A DNA stretch of 64,000 nucleotides, taken from the NCBI GenBank assembly GCA_964016885.1, contig OZ024740.1:78430001-78494000 (forward strand), in the 5' to 3' direction. The number at the start of each line of letters is the position of its first letter. The stretch's first letter is position 1. Both the position numbers and the translations under genes were made by a program. The DNA is from Eledone cirrhosa. Lineage: Eukaryota. The notes below the pieces were generated by a model, which was not told the DNA's origin, searched no databases, and saw nothing but the letters and a program-made list of their open reading frames with translations. Shown here piece after piece: positions 44,198 to 57,632 of the stretch.

Positions 44198-45592
44198 TAA
44201 TAATAATAATTGTTTCTACTTTTTGGCACAAGGCCAGCAATTACCTAGTGCATTACTGGTACTTTATTTTATCGACCCCGTAAGGATGAAAGGCAAAGTT
44301 AACCTCGGCGGGATTAACTTTGCCTTTCATCCTTACGGTGTCGATAAATAATAATAATTGTTTCTACTTTAGGCACAAGGCCATAATTACCCAGTACATT
44401 ACTGGTACTTTATTTTATCGACCCTGTAAGGATGAAAGGCAAAGTTAACCTCGGCGGGATTTGAACTTAGACTGTAAAGGGACGTAACTATGCAAGAAAG
44501 CATGGTGTCTGACGCTCTACCGATTCTGCCAATCTACCACCATTAAATAATAATAATGATGATAATAATGTTTTGTTATTTATTGGCCACAAGGACCTAC
44601 ATATAGAGGACAATACAATGAACAGAGACAGTGGGGGTTTACAATGAAATCTTGTAAAATATACAAACAACAGAATTCCCCCAATATGAGGGAGAACCAC
44701 CCAGGGGCGACTCAGGTACACTACCAATCCTGAATAAATAAGAATAAATGAATAAATAAATAAAATAAATGGATGTTCAAATCCTAAAAAGTTTGAAGAC
44801 ATATATAAAAAATAAGGTTGGTATTCAGATCCTAAATATTTTGAAGACTGTTACATAAAAATATATGGTGACTGCGACGAAGAGACGTTGGCAATTAATT
44901 AATTAGTTGATTAACAAACGGACTGGTAGATTAAGTACCCGATTAAGAAAAAGATGGAGTTAAACCTTAGCCGGTGCGTGTGTTTCAATTCGCAGCATGA
45001 CTCTCTCGAAGTACAACAAATAAAGTTAAAGCGTTTTTTTTTTATTAAACGAATAAGTGCCTTGCGAATTATTTGGGAGTTACTAATTAGAGCATTGGAA
45101 AAAATGATTTGCGACATTTAGTTGTGTCCTTTTATATTCTGAGTTCAAATCCCTCCGAAGTCAACTTTGCCCTATATCCTTCTTGGGTCGATAAAATAAA
45201 GTACCACTAAAACACTGGGGTAGATATAATAGACTTTCCTCTTCCAGTCTCTGGCCGTGTGCCAATATTAGAAATCATTATTAAGCTGGGGTTAACTTTG
45301 CCTTTCATCCTTACGAGGTCGATAAAATAAAGTACCAGTAATGCACTGTGTAATTGCTGGCCTTGTGCTTAAAAGTAGAAACAATTATTAAGCTGGAGGG
45401 TCGGACTCCATGCTTTGCAACATAGAGTTACGGCTCTTTATGATCTGAGTTCAAATCCCACCGAGGTTAACTTTGCCTTTCATCCTTACGGGGTCGATAA
45501 AATAAAGTACCAGTCACGCAGGGAAGTCGATTTAATCAACTTTCCCCTCCCCCAAAATTGCTGGCCTTGTGCCAAAAGTAGAAACAATTATT
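44198..45592. mobile_element. SINE family a cluster: minus copies 44198-44540, plus copies 45090-45592
   Basis: At least five central blocks; internal inversion at about 44270-44350. Confidence 0.8.
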
Positions 45593-46112
45593 AAGCTAGA
45601 ATGTTTAGAGAATAATTTAATAGAGATTCTTATATGAAATTATGTTGAAAGGTTTCAGAGATCTATAAACATTTTAAATCAAACAGTTTTGTATCGTAAA
45701 ACTAGGATCAATTTCAGGCAGTTTATTATTTTAAAAAAATGGTTAAGTGCGATTTGAGGAAGATTTAGTTGCTCTTTCTAGCTGATCGAGGGTCCCCGTA
45801 GACGCATATTCTTTATGCGTTGTCTGCTTATTTTGATTCTGATTTCGTTTGATCTCGAAACCGCTTCCTCGTGACTGAGATGTTGGTGTTGGTGGGGAGA
45901 TAACTACAGACGGCTGTGACAACAATAAAGGCTGTGTCAGAATAGACGGTTTGTTTATTTGTTGATGTCTCAGTGTGTAGGTCATTGAGTGCTAAGGACA
46001 ACAACAAAAACATCAACAAAATAAATATATCAACTACTTTAGGCTAGACGTATGGCACCTTGTGAGAACCGTGGTCATTTCTGCTTCACTGAATTTATTT
46101 TTTGTGTATTTT

Positions 46113-46210
<98 letters not shown>

Positions 46211-46428
46211 ATTGAGTAAAAGCTGGAATTAAGTTTTTTTTACTAAATATAAGTCTAGAGTTGGAGATATTATTACACACATACACACATATATATATAC
46301 ACACACTCATATATATATATATATACACATATATGTAGTCCTGTAGAAGCTATATTAAATTTTCTTATATATATATGTGTGTGTATCCCGGGTCCAATCG
46401 GGAGTAACCATATACATATGCACACACA

Positions 46429-46513
<85 letters not shown>

Positions 46514-46520
46514 ATGTATA

Positions 46521-46558
<38 letters not shown>

Positions 46559-46648
46559 CTGTAAATAGAAACGTAGCAGTGATTTCGAAGTTTCTGCTTC
46601 ATCAGGCTGCGATTTTTTTACTTAAAAAATAAACTTTACACTCTACAA

Positions 46649-46965
46649 CATGGTGTGCAACATATTCCATTGGCGGGTCACTACTGAACATTGGAACAAC
46701 TATTAGGGCCAGCCACTGTAAAAAATGTGTAATCTAATGAAAACCACAACTTCTTTCCATAACATGGAACTGGGAAATTATAACACACACAACCCTATCA
46801 GTGAAGCCCTTTAGTATAGGTCAACTAACAGAAAATTGTATTACGGTTACGAGAAAATTGATAAATGAGCCTACAAGGTAAAAATGAAAAACGGTCATCG
46901 CGGGCCACACTGACTGGTCTGGCGAGCCGGATTGTGGCCCGCGGGCCGCCTGCTACACGCCCCTG
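46649..46965. mobile_element. hAT (Buster-type) MITE
   Basis: Perfect 8-bp TSD CTCTACAA on both sides, CA(T/G)GG termini, GGCCCGCGGGCC subterminal motifs. Confidence 0.75.
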
Positions 46966-47072
46966 CTCTACAACATAATATTGTGTGGCCCGTCAGTTGA
47001 TGGCTGAATGTTTCAAATATTATGGCATTTTAAACAAACACACATTCTAATATATATATATATATATATATA

Positions 47073-47630
47073 TTGTTATACTTTGGGAGGGTCATGTTGC
47101 CAATAAGAAACACACGCACCAGTTGCTTTCACTCCAATTTATTATAAATTAAATTTATAAATTTCCGGTTGGTTGGTTGGTTCCATAACCGGACGGTTGT
47201 TCATATATTGTCAAAGTACTTTCGTCACACATTCTGTGACCTCTTCAGTGCCTGGGATTCTTTTCTTTGTTTGGTGCCTCTCCTTTGTTCTGTCCTACGC
47301 CATCTTGTTTTTTCAAAAAACAAGATGGCGTAGGACAGAACAAAGGAGAGGCACAAAACAAAGAAAAGAATCCCAGGCACTGAAGAGGTCACAGAATGTG
47401 TGACGAAAGTACTTTGACAATATATGAACAACCGTCCGGTTATGGAACCAACCAACCAACCGGAAATTTATAAATTCTTAAATTTATGAATTTAATTTAT
47501 AATAAATTGGAGTGAAAGCAACTGGTGCGTATGTTTCTTATTGGCAACATGACCCTCCCAAAGCATAACAATATCGGTTTTAACACACGTTTTCAGATAA
47601 AGAATCTTGCTAAACAAATTCAGAAACGAA
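47073..47630. mobile_element. Family D inverted insertion (about 240-bp arms)
   Basis: Palindrome centred near 47314; HHR-like motifs at 47210-47252 (-) and 47376-47418 (+). Confidence 0.8.
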
Positions 47631-48149
47631 ATATATAATATATATATATATATATATATAATACATATATTTACCACTGCGATTCTGTGTTTTTTTCTCT
47701 CTCTCTTACTGTTCCCCCATTCTCTCTGTTTCTCCCCCTCTGTCTTGTCCGTTAACTCTTCCTCACACTTTCACTCACTCACTGTTTTTCTCCCTCTTCT
47801 CTTCATTTCATCCTGCACTCACGAACGCTATTTTTTCTCTCTCTGCTCAATAGCCTTCGTTCGTGTTGGTACTATTCTCTAAGCGCTCATATATTCACCT
47901 AGCTTATGCTAAACAGAATAATTTTTGAAGCTTGTTTCTCCCCTACGGTATGCTATATTTTCTGTTGTTCTCCTGTCTCACTCGCTTTACGCGTTTTAAT
48001 TGTCCTAATAACTTATTTTGGTTATTATTGCACCGAAGTGAGATATATGATTTTTAATGCAATGAAATATCTATGATCTTCGGCAAATCACTGATGAGGG
48101 ACTTATTTTATTACATGTTACCATGTGCTACCTGCAGTATTTTTCTCTA

Positions 48150-48225
<76 letters not shown>

Positions 48226-48584
48226 AATAATTGTTTCTACTTTTGGAACAAACCCAGCAATTACCCAGTGCATTTATTTTATCCACCTCGTAAGGATGAA
48301 AAGCAAAGTTAACCTCAGCGGGATTTGAACTCAGAATGGCAAGGGCCGTAACTCTATGCGTGAAAGCATGGCGTCCGACCCTCTACCGATACTGCCAATA
48401 ACGATAAGCTGATGGGACTAGCATGAGTTTCACTGCCAGTATGGGTTGCATCTCAGCGTATTCAATAAGTAATGTAAAATCCTAGAGTAGACACATAGTT
48501 ATTTGCTTCAAATACAACATGCGTAAATGGGTACCTCCAATCTATACCTGTACTCGAGTTTCGGCCACACTTAATGCATATATA

Positions 48585-49116
48585 ATATATATTCAGGTTT
48601 GAGGTTCACCACTGTATAGAGCTGGTCTATTCCGTATGGTCAATCGTAATGCAATAATATAGAGAGTACTCTCAACGTAAGGCAGTTCAACCGTCTTTGT
48701 TTTTGTAGTTGGTGGTGGTATTACGGAGTTAAATATTATAATGAAATGACAGGAGGCTGGATTTGTGTAAATCCTTGAAAGGTTTATTATACTATGATCA
48801 TTTCAATGACCGGGTTCCGTATGAATCCGGTGATATCATCAGGTATTCGAAATATAATACGTGAATGTAATAGATAAAATCCATGGGGCTGAAAATCGAG
48901 GACTCCAGGGCGACCGCTATTCTGTTCCTTCAACCTCAGCCGGCCGCCCTGGAGTCCTCGATTTTCAGCCCCATGGATTTTATCTATTACATTCACGTAT
49001 TATATTTCGAATACCTGATGATATCACCGGATTCATACGGAACCCGGTCATTGAAATGATCATAGTATAATAAACCTTTCAAGGATTTACACAAATCCAG
49101 CCTCCTGTCATTTCAT

Positions 49117-49120
<4 letters not shown>
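48585..49120. mobile_element. HHR-bearing repeat family F, inverted insertion
   Basis: About 175-bp perfect arms at about 48738-48912 and 48945-49118. Confidence 0.75.
49011..49068 (+). ncRNA. Hammerhead motif (family F); mirror copy at 48789-48846 (-)
   Basis: atac-CTGATGA-t atc accgg...ccggt cat t-GAA-ATG at CAT-A-gtat. Confidence 0.65.
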
Positions 49121-49151
<31 letters not shown>

Positions 49152-49757
49152 AAAGAATAGAGGTGTAACACACAAGTTATTATATATTGGTAAACGGAAT
49201 AGAAAATGCTGACAAATTGTTCACAGTTGAAAAATGGTTTAATTAGGAATAAAAGAGTATTAGTGATTGTATGGGTTAGTATTCAGTTGTGGTTTTAAGT
49301 TTTTAAGTTTTTACCGGTTGCGCATTTCTAAATGCTTTTCAAAAATAATTTTGAGATAGAGTGTCCGTGCTGTTTGCTCTGATCTGATTAGTTTTGGGAA
49401 TTCTACCTGTTTTTATGTTAAAAAAGTGGCTCCAGCGTTATTTTTGTGTTGCAAAAATGCTTGTGGTCAAAACAATTTTGATTGGTCGGTAGAGGTCATG
49501 TGATTGTAAAAAGTTGATTTTGCGCCAAGACTGTTTTTATGTTAAAAAAGTGGCTCCAGCAAAAATTCTTGGTCAAAACAATTTTGATTGGTCGGTAGAT
49601 AGAGGTCATGTGGAAAAAATGACCTCTACCGACCAATCAAAATTGTTTTGACCAAGAATTTTTGCTGGAGCCACTTTTTTAAAGGTTAGAAATTCTAAGT
49701 GATATATTATAAGCAAGGTTTTTAAGGATAGATTTAGGGTGATTAGATTGTGAGTGT

Positions 49758-50961
49758 ATGTACTTACACTACATACACTCACAATCTAATCACCCTAAAT
49801 CTATCCTTAAAAACCTTGCTTATAATATATCACTTAGAATTTCTAACCTTTCGTCTAACCAAGATGTATTTGATAAAAATGCGACCTTCTATAACGAAGC
49901 TCTAGATAGAAGTGGCCACAAAAATAGATTAGAATATATACCTTCTACTAAAAATACTATAAACATACAACCTAATATTACCAACAAACACCAAATGAAA
50001 AGTACACACCTAAACGCCACTCACACTATACCCCAAAATACCAACAACTCCTCTAATATAAAGTATAGTAACTCTCAAAAAACTACTCATCATACAACTC
50101 TAATAAATGTTAATAATAAAACTCCTAATAAACAAGATAAAACACCTAAATCAATAAATCTAACTAAAAATGTGTGTGGTGAGGTCATTAACATTAATCC
50201 TCCTAGTAAACATCACGATGCAACCTATAAAAATAATAAACAACATAGAAACCGTAATAGACGAGTTACTTGGTATAATGCTCCATTTAATTTACAAATT
50301 AAGGATAATATTGGTAAAAAAATTTTTTATATCCTAGAGAAAAACTTCCCGCCAAACCACAAATACCATCAAATCTTAAATAGATCAACAGTTAAATTCT
50401 CATACTCAACAACCAAAAACATAAAACAAAATATAAGTGCCTATAATGCATATAAATGTAAAAAAAAACATAAGTATACCACCAATACATCAAACTAACC
50501 ATAATATCTCCTCAAATACAGAATTAACGAAAGGTTGTAACTGTAGAAACAAAGCAAACTGCCCATTAAAAGGAAATTGTCTTGTTAACAACATAGTTTA
50601 TAAATGTAAAGTTAAAACTAAAGATTCTATTTGCTCATATATAGGAGCTACTTCTAACAATTTTAAGGTAAGGTTTAATACCCACAAACATAGTTTTAAA
50701 AATGCCGCACTGGCTAATACAACATCTCTAGCAGAAAAAATTAATAGTTATAGAAATAAGAATATAGAATATGATATGACCTGGAGTGTGCTCAAAAGAG
50801 CCACCCCTTATCAAAATAATAGAAATGAATGTAGATTATGTTCCCAAGAACTATTTGAAATAATGAAATCTAAGGATATCCTATTAAATAAGCGACAGGA
50901 ATTAATTATATCGTGTAATCATAAACTGAGAAAAACATTTAAATATTATAAACCTAATTAA
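49758..50961 (+). pseudogene. PLE ORF C-terminal part: RT thumb, linker, GIY-YIG endonuclease; one frameshift near the A-run at 50460
   Basis: YIHSQSNHP, TWYNAP, KFSYST, CNCR..CPL.G.C, IVY...YIGAT..FK.RF..H, CRLC..E, LNKR.E...C.H. Confidence 0.9.
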
Positions 50962-51820
50962 TAATATATATTTTAGAAATTAATATATAATTTAATTTAA
51001 ATGTAGTTAACCTATAACTTTAATTTAATTAAATTTCTATTACAGATGAGATTAAAAAATATTGTGTAATCATAAATTGTGAAAAACTTTTAAATATTAT
51101 TAACATAATTAATATATACTTTGTAAATTAATTTATAGATTAATTTTAGTTTATTTAACCTTTTATTAAAATTCCTTTACAGATGAAATATAACAAAATA
51201 TCGTGTAATCAATAACAGAGAAATACTTTTTAATATTATAAACCTAATTAATGTACAATTTAGAAATTTATTTATAAATTAATTTTAATTTAGTTAACCT
51301 ATAATTTTAATTTAGTTAGCTTAAAATTAAAATTCTAATACAGATGGATTGCAGAATATCATATAATCATAAACTGAGATAAACTTTTAAATATATACCT
51401 AATTAATATATTCTTTACAATTAAATATATATATATATATATTAATCTTAATTTTTGTTAACCTATAATTATATTCTACTATAGATAAAATACAAAATCT
51501 GCTTTAATTATTATAAACCTAATTAACATATACTATAGAAATTAATATATAATTTTTAATTTATTTAACCTATAATTTATATTCTACTACCGATGAAATA
51601 CTTGATTTGGTTTTCCCTATTACTAAATTCATTTCCTAAAATTGATACCATAATGTTAATATCTTTAATTTAGTTATGCTATAATTAATACTCTACTACT
51701 GTTTAACTTCAAAATTCCGCTTTAAATATTATAAACCTAAGTGGTATACACCTTAGAAATCAATATATTAACTATTTTTAATTTAGTTAACCTATAATTA
51801 ATAGTCTACTTATATTAAAA
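50905..51820 (+). repeat. Degenerate about 120-140-bp tandem repeat derived from the PLE ORF end
   Basis: Recurrent TGTAATCATAAA...TATTATAAACCTAATTAA...AGTTAACCTATAA blocks, about 6-7 copies. Confidence 0.7.
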
Positions 51821-52159
51821 TGCATAATTTTGCCTTCTTTCTTACATTTCCTAATACTGAAACTACTATGTAAACACATATTATGATCTAAATGCAGATT
51901 AATATTCTATGTTCCTTGAAACCTATATTTACTATTTCCCACTAATAATTTTAATCCCCCCCCCCCCTATAATTATTCGTATTTGTAAGCGTGGATGTAT
52001 GTATGTGTATGTAAGTATGTATGTATGTTTGGGTGTTTGTATGTGAGTATAAAAATACATATGTGCGCATGTAAATAAGTGTGTATGATTGTATATATAT
52101 ATATGTATATATGTGTATGTATGTATATATATGTCTATCTATTTATACATATATATGTG

Positions 52160-52192
<33 letters not shown>

Positions 52193-52273
52193 ATGTATGT
52201 GTGTATATATATTTGTAGAGATGTGTGTATGTATATATATATGTGTGCATAATTGTCTGACTGTGTGTATTTA

Positions 52274-52358
<85 letters not shown>

Positions 52359-52767
52359 ATGTGTGTGTGTGTGTATATATATTTATGTGTATCTATATAT
52401 CTCTATATATATATATATGTGTGTATGTATATCTCTTTATTTATGTATGTCTGAGTTGTGTGTGAGCGTGTGGTTGTATGTGTATATATATACATGGATA
52501 TGTGTATGTGTATGTATATATACGTATATGTATGTGTGTGTGTGTGTGTGTGTATATATATGTGCGTGTATGTATATATATATGCGTGTGTATATATGTA
52601 TGTATATATATGTGTGTATATATATATATATGTATATGTATGTATGTGTATGTGTATGTACATATATGTATATATATATATATATGTGTGTTGTGAGTAT
52701 ATGTATATATATGTGTGTATGTATGTGTATCTATGTATTTATATATGTATATATATATGTCTCTATA

Positions 52768-52868
<101 letters not shown>

Positions 52869-53102
52869 ATATCGGTGTGTATTTTATGTATGAGTATATA
52901 TTTTACTTGTTTATTTCTTTTTAATATATTTCTTTTTATTTCTAAATTTATAGATACATTTTATAAATAGGCTGTTGTCTGACACCCTCTGTAATTACTG
53001 ACTCCCTTTACCTATTTTTAGTTCTGCATCTAGATGTAAATATATGTGGCAGTGTTTATGTGTGCGCCTTAATATCCATATAGTTATAATAATAATATAT
53101 AC

Positions 53103-53141
<39 letters not shown>

Positions 53142-53505
53142 TGTGTGTGTATGTTCGTGGGTATGTGTATGTTTATGTGTATATGCGCGTGTGTGTATGA
53201 ATGTATGTATATGTGTGTATATATGAGTGTATATATGTTTATATACGTATGTGTATTTTGTCTGTAGATTATAAACATACAGAGACATTAGCCCTGAATT
53301 TTTGTATTTACATACATTTTTTCGACATGCGTATGCATGTGAACATATATTTTTATGCATATCTGTGAACGAGGTTACTTACATATATACACACACCTAA
53401 CTGTATTTTCTTGATATATTTTTGTGTATTTCATTGGTCAATTTGAACTCTGTTCCCAAACAGACCTGTAATTTTGAATTGTTGTTATTATCAATAAATA
53501 TATTT

Positions 53506-53654
53506 CATTATTTCTGAAGACGGCATATGTATGTGTTGGTATGTATATTATATTTGATAGTTTGTATAATTTTGTATAATTTTGTACATAGATCTGTTGA
53601 ATATGCATGCCAATTCTAACACATATATGTCCTAGAAACGATCGTTAAATAATG
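53506..53654 (+). ncRNA. Type I hammerhead with about 115-nt stem II
   Basis: cattattt-CTGAAGA-(long hairpin)-GAA-ACG at CGT-T-aaataatg; 8-bp perfect stem I. Confidence 0.7.
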
Positions 53655-53710
53655 AACTTTTTTTGTTTAATATAAGGAACTGTTTCATTGTTTTATTCAT
53701 TATTTTTTTA

Positions 53711-53760
<50 letters not shown>

Positions 53761-53763
<3 letters not shown>

Positions 53764-54436
53764 GGAAAAGAATGAAACGAAATTTCATTTCTCACTCTTA
53801 GTACGGCTGTTACTTAAATATAAGTATGTATACGTACATACATATATGTATACAGACGTACAATAGTATGTATATATATACATACATGCACACATATATA
53901 TATGTACGTATGGGTTTACCGAACATTTATTATAATGTTCGGTTTGTTTGTTTGTAAACAAACAAACAGCCCGAATTACGCCGTACAGTGTTTAGGCAAC
54001 CACGTCACCTTTTTGTTCAACACTAACACAGGAACGATGTACTAGTTTCAAGCTTATTAGCTATCGTCAGCTATCATTTTCGGTGCGCCCGGCCGACTAA
54101 CTCACTCGATATGTAAATTAGGCTGCTCAGCCATTAATATGCATAAGGAAAGTATATACTTTCAGACGTTCAATCATCTGGCAGGAAGGTATACGATGCT
54201 GACGATAACTAATAAGCTTGAAACTAGTACATCGTTCCTTTGTCAGTGTTGAACAAAAGAGCAACGATGGTTGCCGAACACTGTACGGCTTAATTCGGGC
54301 TGTTTGTTTACAAACACACCGAGCATTATAATAAATGTTTGGTAAAGCCATACGTATATATATATATGTGTGCATGTATGTATATATATACATACTACTG
54401 TACGTCTGTATATATATATGTATGTACGTATACATT
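53761..54436. mobile_element. Family C inverted insertion
   Basis: Minus arm to about 54071, plus arm 54072-54436. Confidence 0.8.
54193..54235 (+). ncRNA. Type I hammerhead ribozyme (family C)
   Basis: acgatg-CTGACGA-taactaataagctt-GAA-AC ta GT-A-catcgt. Confidence 0.7.
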
Positions 54437-54525
54437 CATAGTTACACACATATATATATATAAAATATAGAGAGGTGGATAGACAGGTATAGATATAGTG
54501 GACGTTAAATGATACACACACACAC

Positions 54526-54556
<31 letters not shown>

Positions 54557-54742
54557 TGTATATATATATATATATATACATACATACATACTGTGGCTAC
54601 CTCCGATTCAACCCGGAATAACTTACCTATATATATATATATATATATATATATAGGTAAGTTATTCCGGGTTGAATCGGAGGTAGCCACAGTAAGTAAG
54701 GTACTCAATACATAGCAGAGTATAAAAGTTTTAATATTGATG

Positions 54743-54793
54743 AGATTCTACAGGACTAGAACTGTTTCATTCTTTAGAAATCATCAGGAATCT
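54743..54793 (-). ncRNA. Type I hammerhead ribozyme (family B)
   Basis: agattc-CTGATGA-t ttc taaa gaa t-GAA-ACAG ttctagtc CTGT-A-gaatct. Confidence 0.75.
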
Positions 54794-55639
54794 GGCTTTC
54801 CAAAATAAATGTTGTGGTATTTATATCTTTTCAGGTGGTAGGAGAGGGTGGGGAGTGGGATGGGTGGAGTTCATTGGTTGAAAGAAAAGGAAATTCATTA
54901 AAAGCTAATTCTTTAAGGCTATAATTTATATTTAGAGTGACAAAGGCAGAAAGAATTCTATAAACAAGTTCTACATCACAGGTTCTCAACCCATTTAGGC
55001 AAAACGCCCCCTTTTGTCCCTTGAAATCACGAAACGCCCCCCTACCTTATTTTTCCATTTTTCAATATACTACTGATTTTGATATCAGTAGATTACTAAA
55101 AGATTGATTAACAATATTCCAAAGATACCATTGCAGGCAGCTGAGAGTATAAATACATTCCTTGAAAGGAAATATATAAATTTAAAAAAAAGGAACATAA
55201 ATGTTCTTTTTTATGAATAAGGACCAGTTGAATTTCTTATATTTCCACCAGGCGATACCAGCTATTTTGAACATTTATACATGAGCAACTCTGTCTATTC
55301 CAAGAGTGCTCTTATCTGGAAGAAAGTGGCAATTATATCATTTCAAAGCTTTCCAATTTTCCCTTTAATGAAACGGACAGAATAAATGTTGATATCTAAC
55401 TTGATGTCCCCTCTGCTTTGTGAGCTTAGAGACCACGGAAGAGGGTTTCATGACCACGCGGCAGGGTATATTTATTAGTAAATGGTAAAATATATACAAC
55501 AAATGAGTAAGTGAATTGTAGTAGATGGTTTCCAGTCCAGTCAGACTGCAATTACAAATAAAAAAAATTGTTAGTTTGCTTTGTAACAATAGCATCCAAG
55601 TTTTCGGATAAATCAACTTACTTTAACTTTGACCTAATT

Positions 55640-56700
55640 TCAATGGGACCCTTGAGCTTCATGAAGTCTAGCTAACTCTTTGATGTCAGGCTGGATTTTC
55701 GTAAGATGTAGCCGGAGATCTCCACATGTAATTACATTGTAGCGGTTGCGAGCCTTACTGTGCAGTCTGGAAACAGCACCAAACCTCCTCTTGACTAAGT
55801 ATGAGCTTGGAAAAGGCAGAGCAAATCTCTAGCCTATGCATGTAGGTGTGGAAATCGACGCAGAATTTCCTCTTGCATCCAAAAAAAGGGGTTCACCTAT
55901 TTTGGGAAATCTAATTTTGATCATGTCATCTGCTTAAAGTTCAATGAATTCTTCCTGAAATTTACCGTCCAAATCGTCGACGTTAGCTATGAAGGGATCT
56001 GCTATCCACATTGGGATGTCCATCGGCAAAAGGTCGACAAAGCGTTTTCTCATGTTGTCTTGTAGCGCACGGAGATGAGCGGTATAAATTTGGAGTTGGT
56101 CATCGCTTACAATGTTTTAAACATTGGCGACACTAGGAAAATTATAGAATTCCCGTCAACAAAGATTCCTTTCGATGACATTCAATTTGGCCAGGAATGT
56201 TTTCAAAGCATTCCTTGCTTTAAGCAAGGTGATCTTCCCCTGCAAAGCCAAAATGACGCTATTGCATTTGTCGAAGATGTCGGTGAGGTAGGCGCAGTTT
56301 TGCCTCATATCTAGGGTTTTCTTGTACAGTTTTGTGTTGCGTCCTCGCAGAAACTCAATGATAGAGTCGAACAGTTCAAAGAAGTGAGTAGGGCACTTCC
56401 CCTTTGAAAGCCACCTCACTTCATTATGAAGGAGCAACTTGACGAATTCTTCGTCATTATCTTGGCACAGTTGCCGGAAATTCGTTCATTGAGGGAATGC
56501 CGTTTGATAAAATTGATGACATCAATGGCCACCTGCTAGGACTTGCTCAGCGGCTTGCTGAGTTTCTTCGCAGCCAAGTGTTGTCGATGAATGACACAAT
56601 GAACAACAAATACAGATAGATTTTCTCTCTTCAGAAGAGTGACGAAACCCTTATGTTGGCCGACCATTGCTCTTGCGTCGTCCGTAGCACATGATACAAT
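55640..56700 (-). pseudogene. hAT transposase remnant (ZBED5/8- or SCAND3-like Buster family)
   Basis: CATDDARAMVG, HCVIHRQHLAAK, LLHNEVRWLSKG, AYLTDIF...LQG, GDLRLHLTKIQPDI...QGSH; frameshifted. Confidence 0.85.
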
Positions 56701-57182
56701 GTGTGTTGTATTTGGTCCTAGATGTTTGTATTACCTCCTTATGTGTTGTATGTGGTCCTAGATGTAGGTATTACTTGTTTATGTGTTGTATGTGGTCCTA
56801 AATGTGTGTATTACCTGCTTGTGTGTTGTATGTGGTCCTATATGTGTGTATTACCTCCTTATGTGTTGCATGTGGTCCTAGATGTAGGTATTACTTGTTT
56901 ATGTGTTGTATGTGGTCCTAAATGTGTGTATTACCTGCTTGTGTGTTGTATGTGGTCCTATATGTGTGTATTACCTCCTTATGTGTTGCATGTGGTCCTA
57001 GATGTAGGTATTACTTGTTTATGTGTTGTATGTGGTCCTAAATGTGTGTATTACCTGCTTGTGTGTTGTATGTGGTCCTATATGTGTGTATTACCTCCTT
57101 ATGTGTTGCATGTGGTCCTAGATGTGTGTATTACCTGCTTATGTGTTGTATGTGGTCCTAGATGGGTGTGCTACCCGCTTCT
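56700..57182. repeat. 40-bp minisatellite with 120-bp higher-order period
   Basis: About 12 units of ATGTGTTGTATGTGGTCCTA..., three variants cycling. Confidence 0.95.
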
Positions 57183-57632
57183 GTGTTTTTTTTTGTTTTT
57201 TTTTTGTAATATTATTTATCCAATTGGGAATAAAATAGATCTACATAGTGTTAACTCGTTACGGTTGAGTCAATAATTTCAGACATGAAATACATTGTTA
57301 TCGATGAAGGAAAGACAAGATTCTAACTGGCTGCGCTCGAAGTGTCCTTGACCCAGTTGACTGTGGGTTTTTCCATTGTTAGGATCTCAATTGCCGGTTA
57401 ATGTCTAGACACACCTGCACACCTGCTCACAGCTGCGGTCAGACCATAGTTATGCTATCTGCATGCTCATTCAAATGCATTCACACTGGCTTATAAAACT
57501 TACCAAAGTAAAGAGCCTTCCAGTGCCCCAAAAGCTCCAAACGCCCCTCTAACGCCCCCTTGCTCCTAAACGCCCCCTGGAGTCCCCCCCCCCCACCCCC
57601 GAGGGTGCATATGCCCCCGTTGAGAACCTTTG

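Larger units (their letters stand above)
54977..57632 (-). mobile_element. hAT (Buster/Charlie-type) DNA transposon, defective
   Basis: 14-bp TIRs CACAGGTTCTCAAC / GTTGAGAACCTTTG, TSD TTCTACAT/ATCTACAT, AACGCCCC subterminal repeats at both ends. Confidence 0.85.

Noticed and set aside
48060-48110. GAAA...CTGATGA in family H as a type II hammerhead
   Set aside because: Stems II and III do not pair convincingly.
56722-57276. Cys-rich repetitive 184-aa ORF; array superficially CRISPR-like
   Set aside because: Pure tandem minisatellite with no unique spacers, in a eukaryotic context without cas genes.
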